This document shows positions 37,736 to 52,400 of a DNA stretch of 64,000 nt, piece by piece (the first letter of the stretch is position 1; the number at the start of each line of letters is the position of its first letter). The notes beneath the pieces are model-generated. The model saw only the letters and a program-made list of their open reading frames with translations, made no database searches and was not told the origin of the DNA. Where the stretch lies: assembly GCF_001194135.2 (NCBI RefSeq), contig NC_068981.1, positions 31,638,591-31,702,590 of the forward strand, read 5' to 3'. The translations under genes and the position numbers were made by a program. This stretch comes from Octopus bimaculoides (Eukaryota).

Positions 37736-38502
37736 NNNNNNNNNNNNNNNNNNNNNNNNNNNNNNNNNNNNNNNNNNNNNNNNNNNNNNNNNNNNNNNNN
37801 NNNNNNNNNNNNNNNNNNNNNNNNNNNNNNNNNNNNNNNNNNNNNNNNNNNNNNNNNNNNNNNNNNNNNNNNNNNNNNNNNNNNNNNNNNNNNNNNNNNN
37901 NNNNNNNNNNNNNNNNNNNNNNNNNNNNNNNNNNNNNNNNNNNNNNNNNNNNNNNNNNNNNNNNNNNNNNNNNNNNNNNNNNNNNNNNNNNNNNNNNNNN
38001 NNNNNNNNNNNNNNNNNNNNNNNNNNNNNNNNNNNNNNNNNNNNNNNNNNNNNNNNNNNNNNNNNNNNNNNNNNNNNNNNNNNNNNNNNNNNNNNNNNNN
38101 NNNNNNNNNNNNNNNNNNNNNNNNNNNNNNNNNNNNNNNNNNNNNNNNNNNNNNNNNNNNNNNNNNNNNNNNNNNNNNNNNNNNNNNNNNNNNNNNNNNN
38201 NNNNNNNNNNNNNNNNNNNNNNNNNNNNNNNNNNNNNNNNNNNNNNNNNNNNNNNNNNNNNNNNNNNNNNNNNNNNNNNNNNNNNNNNNNNNNNNNNNNN
38301 NNNNNNNNNNNNNNNNNNNNNNNNNNNNNNNNNNNNNNNNNNNNNNNNNNNNNNNNNNNNNNNNNNNNNNNNNNNNNNNNNNNNNNNNNNNNNNNNNNNN
38401 NNNNNNNNNNNNNNNNNNNNNNNNNNNNNNNNNNNNNNNNNNNNNNNNNNNNNNNNNNNNNNNNNNNNNNNNNNNNNNNNNNNNNNNNNNNNNNNNNNNN
38501 NN

Positions 38503-38516
38503 CGCTCTTCCGATCT
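38503..38516 (+). other. Illumina adapter remnant (assembly artefact)
   Basis: The contig starts after the gap with CGCTCTTCCGATCT, the exact 3' end of the Illumina Read 1 adapter/primer. Confidence 0.9.
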
Positions 38517-40560
38517 GGAAGCGTCTCAGCTATGGTCACACGAACCTCCTTCTAGAATTACTCATGAGAAATGCGTGAGGTCGGCCATGTCTCAATCTCC
38601 TGTGTGCTGGAACATCCGTAGCGCTGCTTCTAAGTTATGTGTTATACGTGCAGCTTTTTCTTTCTCTTTTTCCTTTGTTATAAACATTACATAAGCATGT
38701 TATCAAAACTGAACCTACACTCATCCTGATGTAGCTAAATAATATATTGATTACCAACCTCCAGCCTGTTGTTAATTTGGGGCCCTAGTCTGTGCATGAG
38801 TATAGCTTTCTTAATTCTTAAATTACCCAAATTTCTTTCATTAGCCTCAATTGTGACTGTTATGCTTTTGTCGGTGTTCCGGCATCTGTCTAGATGTTTT
38901 CTGAAGGAAGAGGCTCTAGTGTTCAGATGTACCTTGATGCGGCCGTGTAACGGTCTTGTTATGCTATCCACATAGAACTTGTTGCAGTTCTTACATTGTA
39001 TTCTATACACAACATTTACCCGTTGTCATAAATCTGTGTCGCGGATGGGACGGTTTGTAAGTTTGCATTGATTGCTGTCCCTTCTTCGTTTCTTTGTGAG
39101 ATGACTTCTCAGAGAAGGGCCAGAGTGGGCTATTTGTATGTCTAGCCCTTCTCTTCATATGGCTCTTCGGATGGCTGTAGCTATCCTCTTGCTAAAATGG
39201 GGTATTTTAAGGAAGTGTGTGATGTTGGGTTTTCTGTGTGTTCGACGTATTGATCGTCTTGGGTATTTAAACCGATTTACAATGGATCTAGGGTACCCGT
39301 TGGTTTTCAATATATCTAGGAAGCATGTAGTGTGGGTCACTTATCCCTTTGTCCTGTTGCACTTGCCCTGGATGCGTGCAAGTTCATTTCTGGCATATCC
39401 TATTTTGGCACCGAGTGGAAGTGCTGAGTTGTACTGGACAAATATATCTCTACTGGCTGCTTTCTTGTAGAATTCAATGTGGATCTCCCCTTCCTTCGTT
39501 ATATTCAGTTGGAAGTTAAGTAGTAATAGTGATCCAGTGATATCGGGATGTTCTATAGTGAACTTTATGTTCATGTCTATGCTATTGAACGTCGTGAATA
39601 TTCTGTCCGCCTCTTCACGGGAGGATGTGAGTATGAGGATGTCATCTACGTACCAGGTGAAGGAGGCGCATGAGCGGGTGATGTTGAGCGCTCGACTTTC
39701 CAGATGGTTCATATAAGTCATGGCTAGTAGGCCCGAGAGACTGGATCCCAAGGGGAGACCTGGTGTCTGTGTGTATATGTGGTCCTGGAAAGAGAAGTAT
39801 GTGTTGTCCACTATTATTGACAAAAGTTGATATATATCAGCTGCGGTAAGTCTGAAGCATTGGATGTCGGGCGCTATTATGCAGCCAGTCAATAGCTCGA
39901 CCGCCGAGTGTGCTGGCACCGTTGTGTACATTGCGACAACGTCAAGACTAAAGGCATATCTGTTTTGCCTGAGTTGGTCGAGGAGCAGTTGGAGCAGTCT
40001 TTGATGACTTCGCCGGAGTTCTTGACATGTCTAGAAAAGGTGGAGAGTATGGGTTTCTGGATGTGAGAAAGTAACCAGGATATTTTATGTAGAGGTCCTT
40101 CCACGCTGGAGAGGATGGGTTTATTCTAGATCGTGTTGCTATCCTTGTGCGTTTTAATGAGGTGATAAAATCTGGGTAATCTACTGTTCTTTGTGATGAA
40201 GTTGTTTTTGTATTTTTTATGTATATATACGTCTGTAGATGTCTGTCCATGCGATGTTAATTCGGTTCTCAATCCTGGTCGCAGTTATATTTGTCACCTC
40301 AGAATATAGCCTGTCATTGCTTATATGTTCTAGTACCGGTCTATCATATTTCATAAGAAATCATGCAGATTTCTTTTCCTTTATCTGATGGTAAGTAGAC
40401 AAGGTTTTTGTTTTTTTGTTTAGTCAATGTTTTATCTTGCGCCTTGGTTAAGTTTGATGTTACTTTCTATTCCTTCCTTAAAATGTTCGTGGACGATTTT
40501 GCAATAGTAATTTTGTCCTAGACTCAAAATTCGATGTTCTGTGTAGTGTCAATTCTCTAC
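38517..40560 (-). mobile_element. Near full-length degraded Penelope-like element (RT plus GIY-YIG endonuclease)
   Basis: LVYLPSDKGKE...SLDVVAMYTTVP...YTQTPGLPLGSSLSGLLA...WYVDDILIL...IKFTIEHP (ORF 39341-39931), then VYRIQCKNCNKFYV...RIKVHL...RIKKAILM...INNRLE (38735-39010); frameshifted. The right boundary is approximate. Confidence 0.9.
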
Positions 40561-42119
40561 TATGATAAAATTTCTCTTATCAACATGACCTATGTTTCCG
40601 TTTTACAATGTGAAAACATCAAACTCGTCAAATTCACCTGCAACGCAGAGCACGTCCCTCCTTTAGGAAATAAACAAACCAAACGATACATTTTCAATAC
40701 CGATTAGTGTTATTTCTAATATATTTCTCCTAGTATACTACTTGTCAGATAAGATGGTCGTCATCATTAAGTCACAAAATCACTTTTACATCATCGGGAA
40801 TTCTAAAGAGACCCTAAATGTTTATAAATACCTACCAGTTTACTTCAAAACCCGACTCAACCTCTTGATGACGCGTTATACGGTATAGGTCATGTTATAT
40901 AAGGATAATTTGGGGAAAGTTTTATCCTTAAATCTAAAAAGTCTGCGTCTCAGCAATTGAAGTCCAAATGCCGAGGAGATCAATTTTATTTTCGATAATT
41001 TCCAGATCGATTAAAAAGAAAATACCAATCTAGGGCTTCAATCAAATGTAATTGCATGATCGTTGATCTAGATGCCTTGTGGTATTTGTTCCAGTTCTTT
41101 TCGTATTTAATTCAAATCCCACTATGGATGGTAAACTTAATTCAGCACCCAGTTTAACAGAGCCACCTGGCATCTTGGGTGCATCAAGCAGTGTGTAACC
41201 TACTCCAAACATTCATGCAACATCTACAGTTTGAGAATACCTTCCACCCACCAATCTTAGAGACTTGTGAAATATCACGAATTCTGCTTTCACTCCCGAC
41301 AAAAGTACCTAAGGCAAACGAGCATTAAAACTCTTTTAATACTTCTTGCTTTATTATTTTTATTTTCAATTTGTGAAACAATTTATTACAAAACTTCCCG
41401 GAGATTCAGCAATCATTTTCATTCGCTTTAATTTTTAAATTAAAAAAAACCCAACAGAGATTTGGACGCTTATACATTTTACGGGGAAATTCTTTTCACC
41501 AAATTTCAAACATGGAATTGAAACCGAAACTCTCCGAATCACAGTTTACTGCAAAATAACGTTTAACTTACAGGACTTGCCACATGATTATTTGTATGGA
41601 TATCAGCAAAGAAACCCAATTAGTGTGGTGGTTTAACAAAACAATCAAAAGAATATGAAATATAATGGTTGTTCTCTATACTTATTACTAGAGACAAATT
41701 TTTTTAAGCGTGCCACCTTTAAACGAAACTATGATAACGATGTTTCAGTGAATACCATCAAATAATAGGCAATTGGAAATATAGCCACGAACATTACGGA
41801 AATTAAACAGAGTTATGTAACAAAAACTGGTCAACATATACGAATATGGAAAGGTCTAAAAAATAATGAACTTGCTTCTCATTTTGTTCGCTGAATACAA
41901 TAACAATGGTAGGAAACAATGCTAATATTGGACATATTTTTATTCATATAATTTACCATATTGTATATCACGCTCTTGTTTTCAGTCCATCTCATACAAG
42001 ACACGATTTTTTTCCGTATGACGTTATATAATAAAATAAAGATATGTATGCCCAACAAAGATGCATACAAACGCCACACATATGCATGTATACACAAATA
42101 AGCTAACATAAACACAGAG

Positions 42120-42163
<44 letters not shown>

Positions 42164-42559
42164 GCGTGTGTAGACACACTTACGCACACACTCACATATT
42201 CTTATACCCACATATTTATATATATATATACATCTATATACTCACACATATCACACACGCACACACACATATATAATTCTCATGTGGACTCTGTGCTAGC
42301 ATGAATGCGTGTTTGATTGTTTATAAGTTACTCATCATTGTTCGATCTTTTAGATATCTTCTGGATTTTTTCTGTTTTCATACAAGTAATAGACAAATGA
42401 CAAATAGATTCCGTTTACCAAACATAATGAATGTTGACCTTTATGAACTCACAACTAGCTTGGATATATATTTTTACATTTATTATATAAAATGTAGAAC
42501 ATACACCACGAAAACTAAACGAAAATTGTATTAGTAACGTTAAAAACATTATGTTAAAT

Positions 42560-43010
42560 TAGATTATGTCAAATATTCTCGATTATGGAAATAACAGAAC
42601 TTTTATTATTACTAGCTTGGTACCGGTCAAAATTGATGGGATTTATTTATGTTTTGATTGGAATTTTAGACTGTATTTAAATTTCAATCCACATAATGTA
42701 TGTGGAATGATGGAGACGGTGACATTGGATGCTAAATACCGAACTATAGTAGGTATAGCTGGCTGTAGGGTTAACAACTTTATCCGCAGCTACTTCATTT
42801 CAGGTTTGGTCACACTTGGAGATGTATTGGGCTGGTGTCCTCAACTAGTGATCTAGACTAATTAATACATTGTGGCTGAATTTAGAGGACAGAAATTTAA
42901 CTTATCCCTAACTTATGTCGAAACGAATACCTTTGCAGATTTGCCTTTCAAAGAGTTATTAACATTATGTATGATATATAGATGACTATTTTAACTTAAT
43001 TATGCTTTTG
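42560..43010 (+). pseudogene. Possible very old Penelope-like RT remnant
   Basis: YRTIVGI (42737) and TGA-TAT-ATA-GAT-GAC (*YIDD, 42972-42986, possibly CGA>TGA from RYIDD); the motif spacing is longer than in the two clear copies. Confidence 0.25.
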
Positions 43011-46000
43011 CTTAGCCACCGCAACCCTCTTTTTCGTTCCAAGGCGTTCGCCTCTTCGAAATGGCTGAGAATGAACTTGACTATTAAGAATAACTTGATG
43101 GTGTTTTGGATTTTTATGTAACAACTATTCTATGTTCACATAAATTTAATTAAAACAGTGATGTTTGCGGTTGAGGCAACAATACGGCAGCAGCTGCTTT
43201 GCTAAATATCTCTCGCATCGATTGCTACAGTGCCAGGTAACAATTTTAAATCGTTGGTCATATTCAATGGAAGAACACGTTGTACTTCAGAATATGTTTA
43301 GTTTTCTGACATACAACCTATCACAGCTTCAAAGAAAATCGAAAGAAAAGTACTTTTAAATGAAACATATATTCCAAACACCAACCTATGTAAATAGAAA
43401 AAGTGAACTTATCCTCAACGTTATTTGATCCTTCTTTTACAACAAAGTTTGAACTTGACTATCAAAATATTGATCGTTCCAGTAGCATTTATTTCAAATA
43501 TTACTTATGTATTTATTGATATATGTTTAGTCATATTTGGGATGAAGTGCTATTTTGGGTTTGTTGATCAAATATTGCCTGTTTCTCTTTTCCCTGTTTA
43601 TAGATCTCTGACAAATAAATCACAAATATTTTGCTATTCAAGAAAAAATACTTTTATTCACGTGTTAATTTCAATAAAAATATGTCATTTACTCAATGCC
43701 TAATTGACTTTTACATCCAGTGGCGCTGCTTAAAAATGATGAGCAGAATCGAAATTCTCTAACCAGATATATACATATATATAGAGTAATATAGATATCT
43801 TATGAAAAGCCGAAGATTTGATGTCGACGGCACTAATTAGTTACGAGACAGGAACTCATAAAGTATGAAGACTGAATTGATGAAATGAACTTATAATAGT
43901 GATGTTATTATATTCTATTGAATTATGTCTTTCCGTAATATCAAATCAGACAGAATTATTTCTTTCCGTAATATTAAATCAGACACCAGTAGAGCTTCCG
44001 TTTGCAGCTTGAGCATCAATCAGTAAATATCTAATGTAATTTCAATTCATTACCCGAGTCCTTTAATTCTGCACTGTTCTGAAATGTTGCAGACTACTTT
44101 TCCATATTTATTGGTGATCAGCCACAAATCCAGCTTTTTATAAACCAAAGAATTTGTCTTCATTTGTATAGTTAAGCAAGGAGAAGTGAGCATACTCCAT
44201 CAAAAATCCCGTTTTTTTTTGTTGAATAAAATAACATATTACGGCTTCACAAAAAGCTGATGCTTTCGTAATCCATAAACATGTAGCACTGTAATGTGAA
44301 TTTCTACAACAGACTTCAATCTTTGGCATTTCATTGGTTAACTGGATGTCTCTTCTTTTCTCTTTTATTTTTATAATGTGTACACTAGACAGGGAACGTT
44401 GAATACAACAATCCGTGTTGTTGCTATGAATCTCTAGTATCAATGGAAATGTTTATTGTGTATGAAGAATTATATATCTTCAAATCAGGTTTCAGTATCC
44501 GTGATTCGAGTTGTGTAACTGTTTATACATAGATTAAACAAAAATCAATTTTCCTTAAACCAATCTCTATTCTATGCTGGACTTCAACTCCGCTGGCTAA
44601 AAACATTTATTATCAACATTTGAAAGTGCTGGATCTTTAGAATTAAAGAAGTTTACATACACATCAGAGAGAAAAGGAAACTGTTGTGAAGTTCCTTCAA
44701 GTGAAATTCACTGACATGGGGTTTTTCAGAGTAAATTCGGACTGTTCAAATAGTATGTCCTAAAGCAATGCCTTTTATTATTGTTGAAAGCTATAGATTA
44801 ACCTCTCTAGTAAGAAATTCATCACAAAGAAAGCATGCAATTATATTAAATTGATCGTAGACTTAGTGTTGTTGGGAGTTCTCATAAATATGAGTATTAA
44901 CTGAGAAGAAATGATATTTTACAGTCCATTATTAAAGGTTACCGACGGAATACAAACGAAATTTACGTATATCAAGCATTTACAGTCAAAAGGTATTACA
45001 TTAAGAAATAAATCATATAAATATCACAGGCTATATTACATCGGATTTCAATCCACTGGACAATAAACTATATACTCTATCTATTTCATCAAATCTCCTT
45101 GGCTCTTTCAGTACAAAAACATTATATAAACTAAATCAGATGATATACAATGTAGCTAAGGAGGAAATATAAAATTGAAGATATAAAGTGTAATGCGTAA
45201 CACTACTGAATAAAGAGTTGTTGGTTCATATCCAGTTACTAAGGCAGTAATATGTTAGTAGTACAATAAGTATCGACCAAACCTAATCATTTGTATATAT
45301 GTATATATATATATATTATAGGAACAAAATTATAGAAAATAACAGTAACACAAAGCCATCTCTCAGATCAATCTATGACTACACTAAATTTTCTATTCTT
45401 TTCGAAATAACTTTCTGACCACTTCTGTTTGCACTTGGTAAAAATTTTTATGCTGATATTCAAACAATATATATGCATATGAAAATTGATGTGTATAAAT
45501 TCTATATTAGAAGTAAAGTTTGTTTTTATCCACGGAGAGTATTTTCTGCGGATGGCATTCTATGTCGTTTTAACATCAATATCATGGAGTTAATATGTTT
45601 AAGCAGCTTCTAACTACATGCGTTATAATCTCGAGGGAAGAGTGACAATTGAGATTTGTACTTGCATATTGGGACTCTAAATGCCTGACTGCCCCTTTGT
45701 TTTACTGTCACTTTGCTGTTATTTTACTCTCCCTTTGCTGTTCATTTGATATTTCTTAGCTATTCTTCTGCCCGTGCTTTGCGGAAGCGTATTCTTCATG
45801 ATGCGATACGATGTACGATTACAAGTCTACGATGCGTTACCCTTCCTATTAATATTATTACCCTCTTCAATTTTACGGGAAATATACCCATGAATAATCT
45901 GTTTTATGGAATGCTAAATGTCTTATTCCTAGGTTTTTGCTGAGATATGTAAGCCTTGTATATTTGAATTCATATGAGAGACCCTCAATACGTAAGAATT

Positions 46001-46573
46001 TCTTAAAGAGTTCACTACCAACCCACAAGATATAATTCACATTAATTCTTTCAAGACTTGCTTGCATTTAATTTTGCTGCTAATATTTTCGGGTGCTGTC
46101 TAAGTGATATCATACGGCGTTCGTAGTCTTCTTGTACTATTCTAAAGCCAGTTTATATCTCTTCTTAGTGTCTGTCCTTATCACTTGTGCGGTGAAAATT
46201 TGCTGTGGTTCTCAGGATCTAGAGAGTTTAATATGTATGTATTTATGAAGCAAAGTGTGTTTCTATACGTTGGTATTAGTACGGATAATACAAGTGCATT
46301 TACAACTAATGTAGTTGTAAACTGAAAGCTTTAACTGCCATATCTATTTAAGTCACTTACAATACTCCTATGTTAATGTATCATTGTTCTCAGTACCTAG
46401 GTACATTTAGCATTCGTGATGCATATATATAACCCGTAATGCATATATATGTGGCTTAAAGAACAGTTTTTTTCCATTTCCAATTGTTAAATATGAATAT
46501 TTCTTTTTACTTTGTTTGTACTTATTGGGTCTAGACTTCATACCTCCATCAATGAAACATCTAATTGAATACG

Positions 46574-46720
46574 AATTCCGGAAGGAGTTTCATGAGACCA
46601 CTACTGAGACGCTTCCGAAGAAAGAAAAGCCGTTGGAAAACAGATTATAGCAGCGACTCCATCTAAGAATATCTGAAGAAGGAATTGTATTCCGAAATAT
46701 CATCGGACTATTGATAACGA
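46574..46720 (+). mobile_element. Solo Penelope-type 3' terminal fragment related to the 38.5-kb element
   Basis: 46574-46616 matches the reverse complement of 38517-38559 at 35 of 43 positions. Confidence 0.6.
46673..46701 (+). ncRNA. Minimal hammerhead-ribozyme-like motif
   Basis: CTGAAGA-A-GGAAT(TGT)ATTCC-GAAA-TA-TC: catalytic core boxes flanking a perfect 5-bp stem II, with a palindromic minimal stem III; stem I is weak. Confidence 0.5.
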
Positions 46721-47059
46721 AATTACAACAGGTATATGGTCCATTTTTTGTATTATAGTGCATTGTTGTACCATTCAGAACTTTTTATTCTTTAGAATGC
46801 ATAGGGTTTGAAAACTTGAGGTAATTTAGAAGGGCGAGTAAAATGCATTGTGACATTGTGACATCAATAAAATAATTACGAGTCTAATACTGATGCCAAT
46901 ACGATCTAAGCTTCTCCGAATTTAGAGCCCCTAATGTAGAACAAGTGTAGAACAAATGTAGAAGTGATAAATAACCTAAATTTGACATTGTGCTTGCATT
47001 AGAAATAACTAGACTCTTAAAATTAGAATTTGACTCGGGCCTATTTGCTCATTGCTTAT

Positions 47060-47215
47060 CACGAACGGATTCATGCCAGTCCATCGCAAGTTTAACTCCC
47101 ATCTGCTACAGGTAGTCATTTTCCACTGAGTTGAATAGAGAAAAATGAAATGAAATATCACGCTCAAGTGCATAATAAGCCGGCCAGTGTGGAAATCGAA
47201 ACCACGACCTTACGA
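47060..47215 (-). mobile_element. SINE family C (CORE/MIR-like) fragment
   Basis: CAGGTAGTCATTTTCCACTGAGTTG...TGAAATGAAATATCACGCTCAAG...GGAAATCGAAACC (reverse B-box). Confidence 0.5.
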
Positions 47216-47765
47216 GAAGCATTTAAACATCTTAGACATTTGCGTAAGCGAATTCATACTAGGAAATTACTGGTATGTTTTAGAAGTCAAGGAGGAAACA
47301 GAAGCAATGTTGATCTTGGCAATATCTGAAATCAACACATAGGGGAGGAAATACTGTACTGCGTTTATACGAGCGCTCTACTACCTCAGATATTACTAAC
47401 TCTTCCTAGAATAAGAAATATTTTTAAAAAACGAAATATGAATTATCTCGTTATTTCATTTGCTGAATCTTTAAGTTTATTTATTTATTTTCGTCCATGT
47501 TAATTTCTTTTTCTGCATCTTTCATAATTTTTTTTTCTCTATCTTAGAAAAGAAATAATTCTGCGAGAAGCAAGTAGTTTTCGGTTTTTTTTTTTTTTTT
47601 TTTTTTTTTGCCCAAAGAGACAATTAATAAAGTTCGTAGTGAACTCGTACACTGCATAAGCTACCTTGCAGTTTCTGCTTTAGGACGGCCAATGCAAAAA
47701 GGAGAAGACAAAAATCCCAAACACCAACATCAATAAGAACAAACACAAATCCTTCACCACAAGTA

Positions 47766-47807
<42 letters not shown>

Positions 47808-48105
47808 GTGAGGGTGATGATTGTGATGATGATCTTACTTTATCATGTGCAAATCCGTGTCGAATTGCAAGTAAAGCATTTGTACTGCCGGCTGCTTGCT
47901 AACGGTCTGATATTTTATAATTGAGTTTTTTTAAAAACTCGCTCCTGCAATAATTCCCCCTTTCTGTTACTCCCTTTCTCTCTCTCTCTCTCTACCTCTC
48001 TCTCTCTATTTTTCTATTCCACACATTTTAAACTAAGCTTAAAGCTATCATGCAAATTTGATTTTATTCATAGACCAATGATCACTGCGTAATATTATTT
48101 TTTGG

Positions 48106-48121
48106 TTATTATTATTATTAC

Positions 48122-48185
<64 letters not shown>
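48106..48185. repeat. (ATT)n microsatellite
   Basis: Directly visible; no flanking SINE or Dong sequence recognised. Confidence 0.95.
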
Positions 48186-48585
48186 TTCATCTATTTTCCT
48201 TGTTGTTTTGATTTGTTTTCCATTTTCTTTCTTATTTTCTTGTTACTTATTTTTTTGCCCTTTCTGAAGGTGGGAGGAAATATATTTAATTATATTTATT
48301 TATTATTTATCTATTTATCTTGATGTTGCTTTTGGCTTTCAAAAAAAAAAAAAAAAAAATGAAAGGTACAGAAAAAAGTTATTTTCAGCTCAATGGCTTT
48401 GCGAACATGTTTGCATGCAACTCTGATATTACGCCTTCACTTTCAACGTTGCCTTCGTCATCAATATCAATGTCACTAATATTATTCCCACCATCATAAC
48501 ATCTTAATGATGAATATTACAACAGCAACGACAGCAACAACTTCAGCTACTGAGTGTACCCTTCCTCCTCCTCCTCCTCCTCCTC

Positions 48586-48632
<47 letters not shown>

Positions 48633-49416
48633 GACACCACCAAAGACGTTTCTGCCTTGTAGAAATTTTATCAGTATGCAGAATTACGATGTAATTCCGT
48701 TTTGCACTTGGGGGAGGGTATTAACCCTTGTCTTCTGTATTAACTCTCTTCTAAATAAAATATAAAAGCACCCTTCAAATAACATGCAAATTTTTAAATG
48801 AAAAAGATATATATGTATGTACATAAACGTGTGTGTATGTATGTATGCAAGTATGTATGTATGTATGTATGTGTGTATGTATGCATGCATGTATGTATGT
48901 ATGTATGTATGTATGTTTGTATCTATGTATTTTATGTAAGCAAGCACGTATGTATATGAAATGAAAAATTGAAAAATATAATCTTAAATGTCAGCGCGTT
49001 CTAGATGATACCATAATTGCCTTAGAAGATATATAATTTTCAATTTGATTACATTTTTCAAAAATCCTATGTTTTGGTTATATATCTCGCTTTTTCTTTC
49101 TTAAATATATATGAATTCTTAAATTTCTATTTTGTATACGCTTAACTATATAGCTTTACTCTCTGTAGAAATGGTGCTCATTTAAAGTTCCTCATTTGAA
49201 ACTAAGATGATTAATTTATATATAGTATATTTACATAACGCGATACTATTGATTTCACAAAAAATTCAATATATTTCATAATGATGTATACATATATATA
49301 TATATATAATAAATACTTTAGACTAATAGGTATAAGTGTGTTAGTGTGTTTAAAAGTTGAGTAAAGCACCAGCACAGTTTGGTCTACCTGTTGTCATCCA
49401 CAATCGTTACTTAATG

Positions 49417-49483
<67 letters not shown>

Positions 49484-52400
49484 CATTTAGGTCTTTCTTG
49501 AACAATAGTGGATTGTGGCTTAAGAAGCACATTTTGATCCGAAATATTCAGACATAAAAATATTCAACCATAGAACGAAACGTGATAGTGCGTCTCTTTG
49601 CCAGAGGTAGCTGTTCAAAAATTCATAACGAGAAAAATGACAAACTTCTGGCTTGGAAAAGTAGAATGTTCGCAGTGTAGTTTCAATAGAGCAAATGCAT
49701 TTGACTCTAAGCCCTGCATAGAGCAGGGTACTTTCCATCGACGGGGGAAGATTCATATGGAATTATAAGCTTGGTATTCAAGTTTGATGGCGATGCAAAG
49801 TAATAAGTGAAAATAGTCTGACTTGCACTTGTTGTTAGGCACATAAGACACAGTGACGGGCTAGCGCAATAAGAATCAGCAGTGACACTGATTCTTTTCT
49901 CGTTGTTTCGTTTGTCACGCAATTATGCGTAGGTTCTGAATGTAGCAGTCGCGAGAAATGACATGTCGGAAGTAATGACTCACAAGTACTAACCACAAGT
50001 ACAAAACCACAAGGCGTTCTGAATATGTACGCTGCTGGGGTGGTGGGAGAAACAAAAGCAGTGTGACCAGAAAACCCCGCTGTAACAGATGTGGCAGTAA
50101 AACCACTTCAGAACATTTTACCCTAACAATTTTGGAAGGCCAAAGGGAGAAAGTGTGAGAATGCAGTACAGAGCAGCACACCTAGCAACATCAACAGTAT
50201 CTGGTACCCAAAATACCGCTTTATTTACATTATTGTTAGACGTAACGAAACTGCTAAAGAATGCCTCACCGTACACTAAGGATCGAAAGTGAACGAATAG
50301 GTGAAACTTTTGTTCGTTGCACACCGAACAATCTGATAGAGCCGTTAAATGGATTGAAGATGAGGACAGAAGGTGAACTCTATTGAGCGAGTGGGAAATT
50401 GGTTTCAGTTTCGTAGTTTATGAACAAGTAATGTTACATTCCTCAAAGGAGACTACATATCACCCTCAAAATATGGCATTCTACAAATGATACAGTTGTT
50501 ACCGGTTTAAGACCACTGATGCTTTAGCTTGTATTACATATCTTCATCGTTGTTGGTAATTATTTTTCTACGGCATTTTTTGTTCCTTCACGTTATTTTT
50601 CCAGCGACGTACGAGTCACAAATGTCATACGTATCTTCTTTCTTTTAGGCGGGTAGAAACTTGTTACTTTCCACTTATTTATGTCCTCACATCAAACATT
50701 ATTTTCATTATAGAACGGCTTGTCACTTTTTTCAAACTGTTCCCAAATTTGTGAGAGGGTTTTTTTCTATAGTGGAAGAGATAAATAAAATGAAGAAAGC
50801 ATTTAATGTATTCATTATTTTATTACATGTATAATATTCACTAATGTATGAATACTTAGTTTTATTATTTGCGTCAACACTAGCAAGATCAGCATCAATA
50901 TAATATTTTTAAAAGATGTAAAATGTAAAATACGTACAAGTTAGAGTAATAGTCAAAAGTAATGGAGTTAATACTGTGAAATATCAGCAGAAACAGTAGA
51001 AAACGTAAAAAAACTTCAACAGCAAAAAAAAGGATATATGGATTCTCTGTACTTTCATGCATATCTGTAAGGGACTGTCGAACAAAATAGTTGATTAAGC
51101 GATGAGACACATAGACTATTACATTTTAATTTAGATCTCTTACGGAACATGGAAATTTGAAGACTTGCTTATGAGAATTTATGTGACCAGTGTCAAAGAG
51201 TTTCTGAAAGCACATCACTGACTGAAAAAGGGATTAATAATTCGATCAGATTATGTGTTATATTAATCTGAGTAGCAGGCGAAGAAAAATGTCGTATGTG
51301 CATTGGAATAAGTGAAATCTGGTGCACCTGTATATATGCAAAATATTTGTGAGCATGAATACTACGGTAATACTCGCGCCATTATACAACTGAATTGTCT
51401 AACATTACCCAGATTTGTAATAACTGTCTCGGTGTGATACATACCTTTATTTCCAACTAATGGTCACGCTACAAATGTACATATGTATCTCTGATGTCTC
51501 TTCTTGTAAAACGGGACTGCAGAGATACTTCAAACGACGGTAAGATTTTATAAGATAATTAAGATTGAAGGTCATTTGACATATATTCCAATATTCCTTC
51601 TGAGTTGAAGAAGAAAGCAAATCTAAATTTCAATCGAACAGATATAATTAAACACCTTGTAAAAATTTTCTGTTCACAAATTGCAGCAAGAAGAGAAAAA
51701 TCTGCATTATTAATTGGTCATCGCTTTCATGAGATATAGAATTGAAAATCTGCGTTATTAGGGCGGTTCTTTATAATATTAAGTCGATAGTTAAACACAC
51801 AAAAGTTATAAAACAGCTTCGTCAATAAATCAGAAATAATTTCCCTATACGTTACAATCCAAATCTCTTACAACTAAATGCTGACTATTCACTAAGCAGA
51901 AGAATTGCAAATCTTGAAACAAACATTACATTTGGCTTAGCAGGCGTAAATCTTTTGGCAACAAAACATTTACATTCTGTTATACAATATTAATTCTAGA
52001 TGTATGCAATAAACCCATAAACACGAAAGGAAAGACATAAATTTTCTAATATTCGTTCATGTCCATGTCAAAAACAGCGGATAAGATTTAAAGAAGCCTC
52101 TTCAACAAAATGTACTTTTAATCTCACACGGTAAGCACTACTTCATAAATAAATAAAGATGATCAGAAGAGGTATTCAGCGAGTCAGCAACCAGGTGAAT
52201 ATTTTGATAAATCTGAAGAAAAGATTGGGTATATTCATANNNNNNNNNNNNNNNNNNNNNNNNNNNNNNNNNNNNNNNNNNNNNNNNNNNNNNNNNNNNN
52301 NNNNNNNNNNNNNNNNNNNNNNNNNNNNNNNNNNNNNNNNNNNNNNNNNNNNNNNNNNNNNNNNNNNNNNNNNNNNNNNNNNNNNNNNNNNNNNNNNNNN

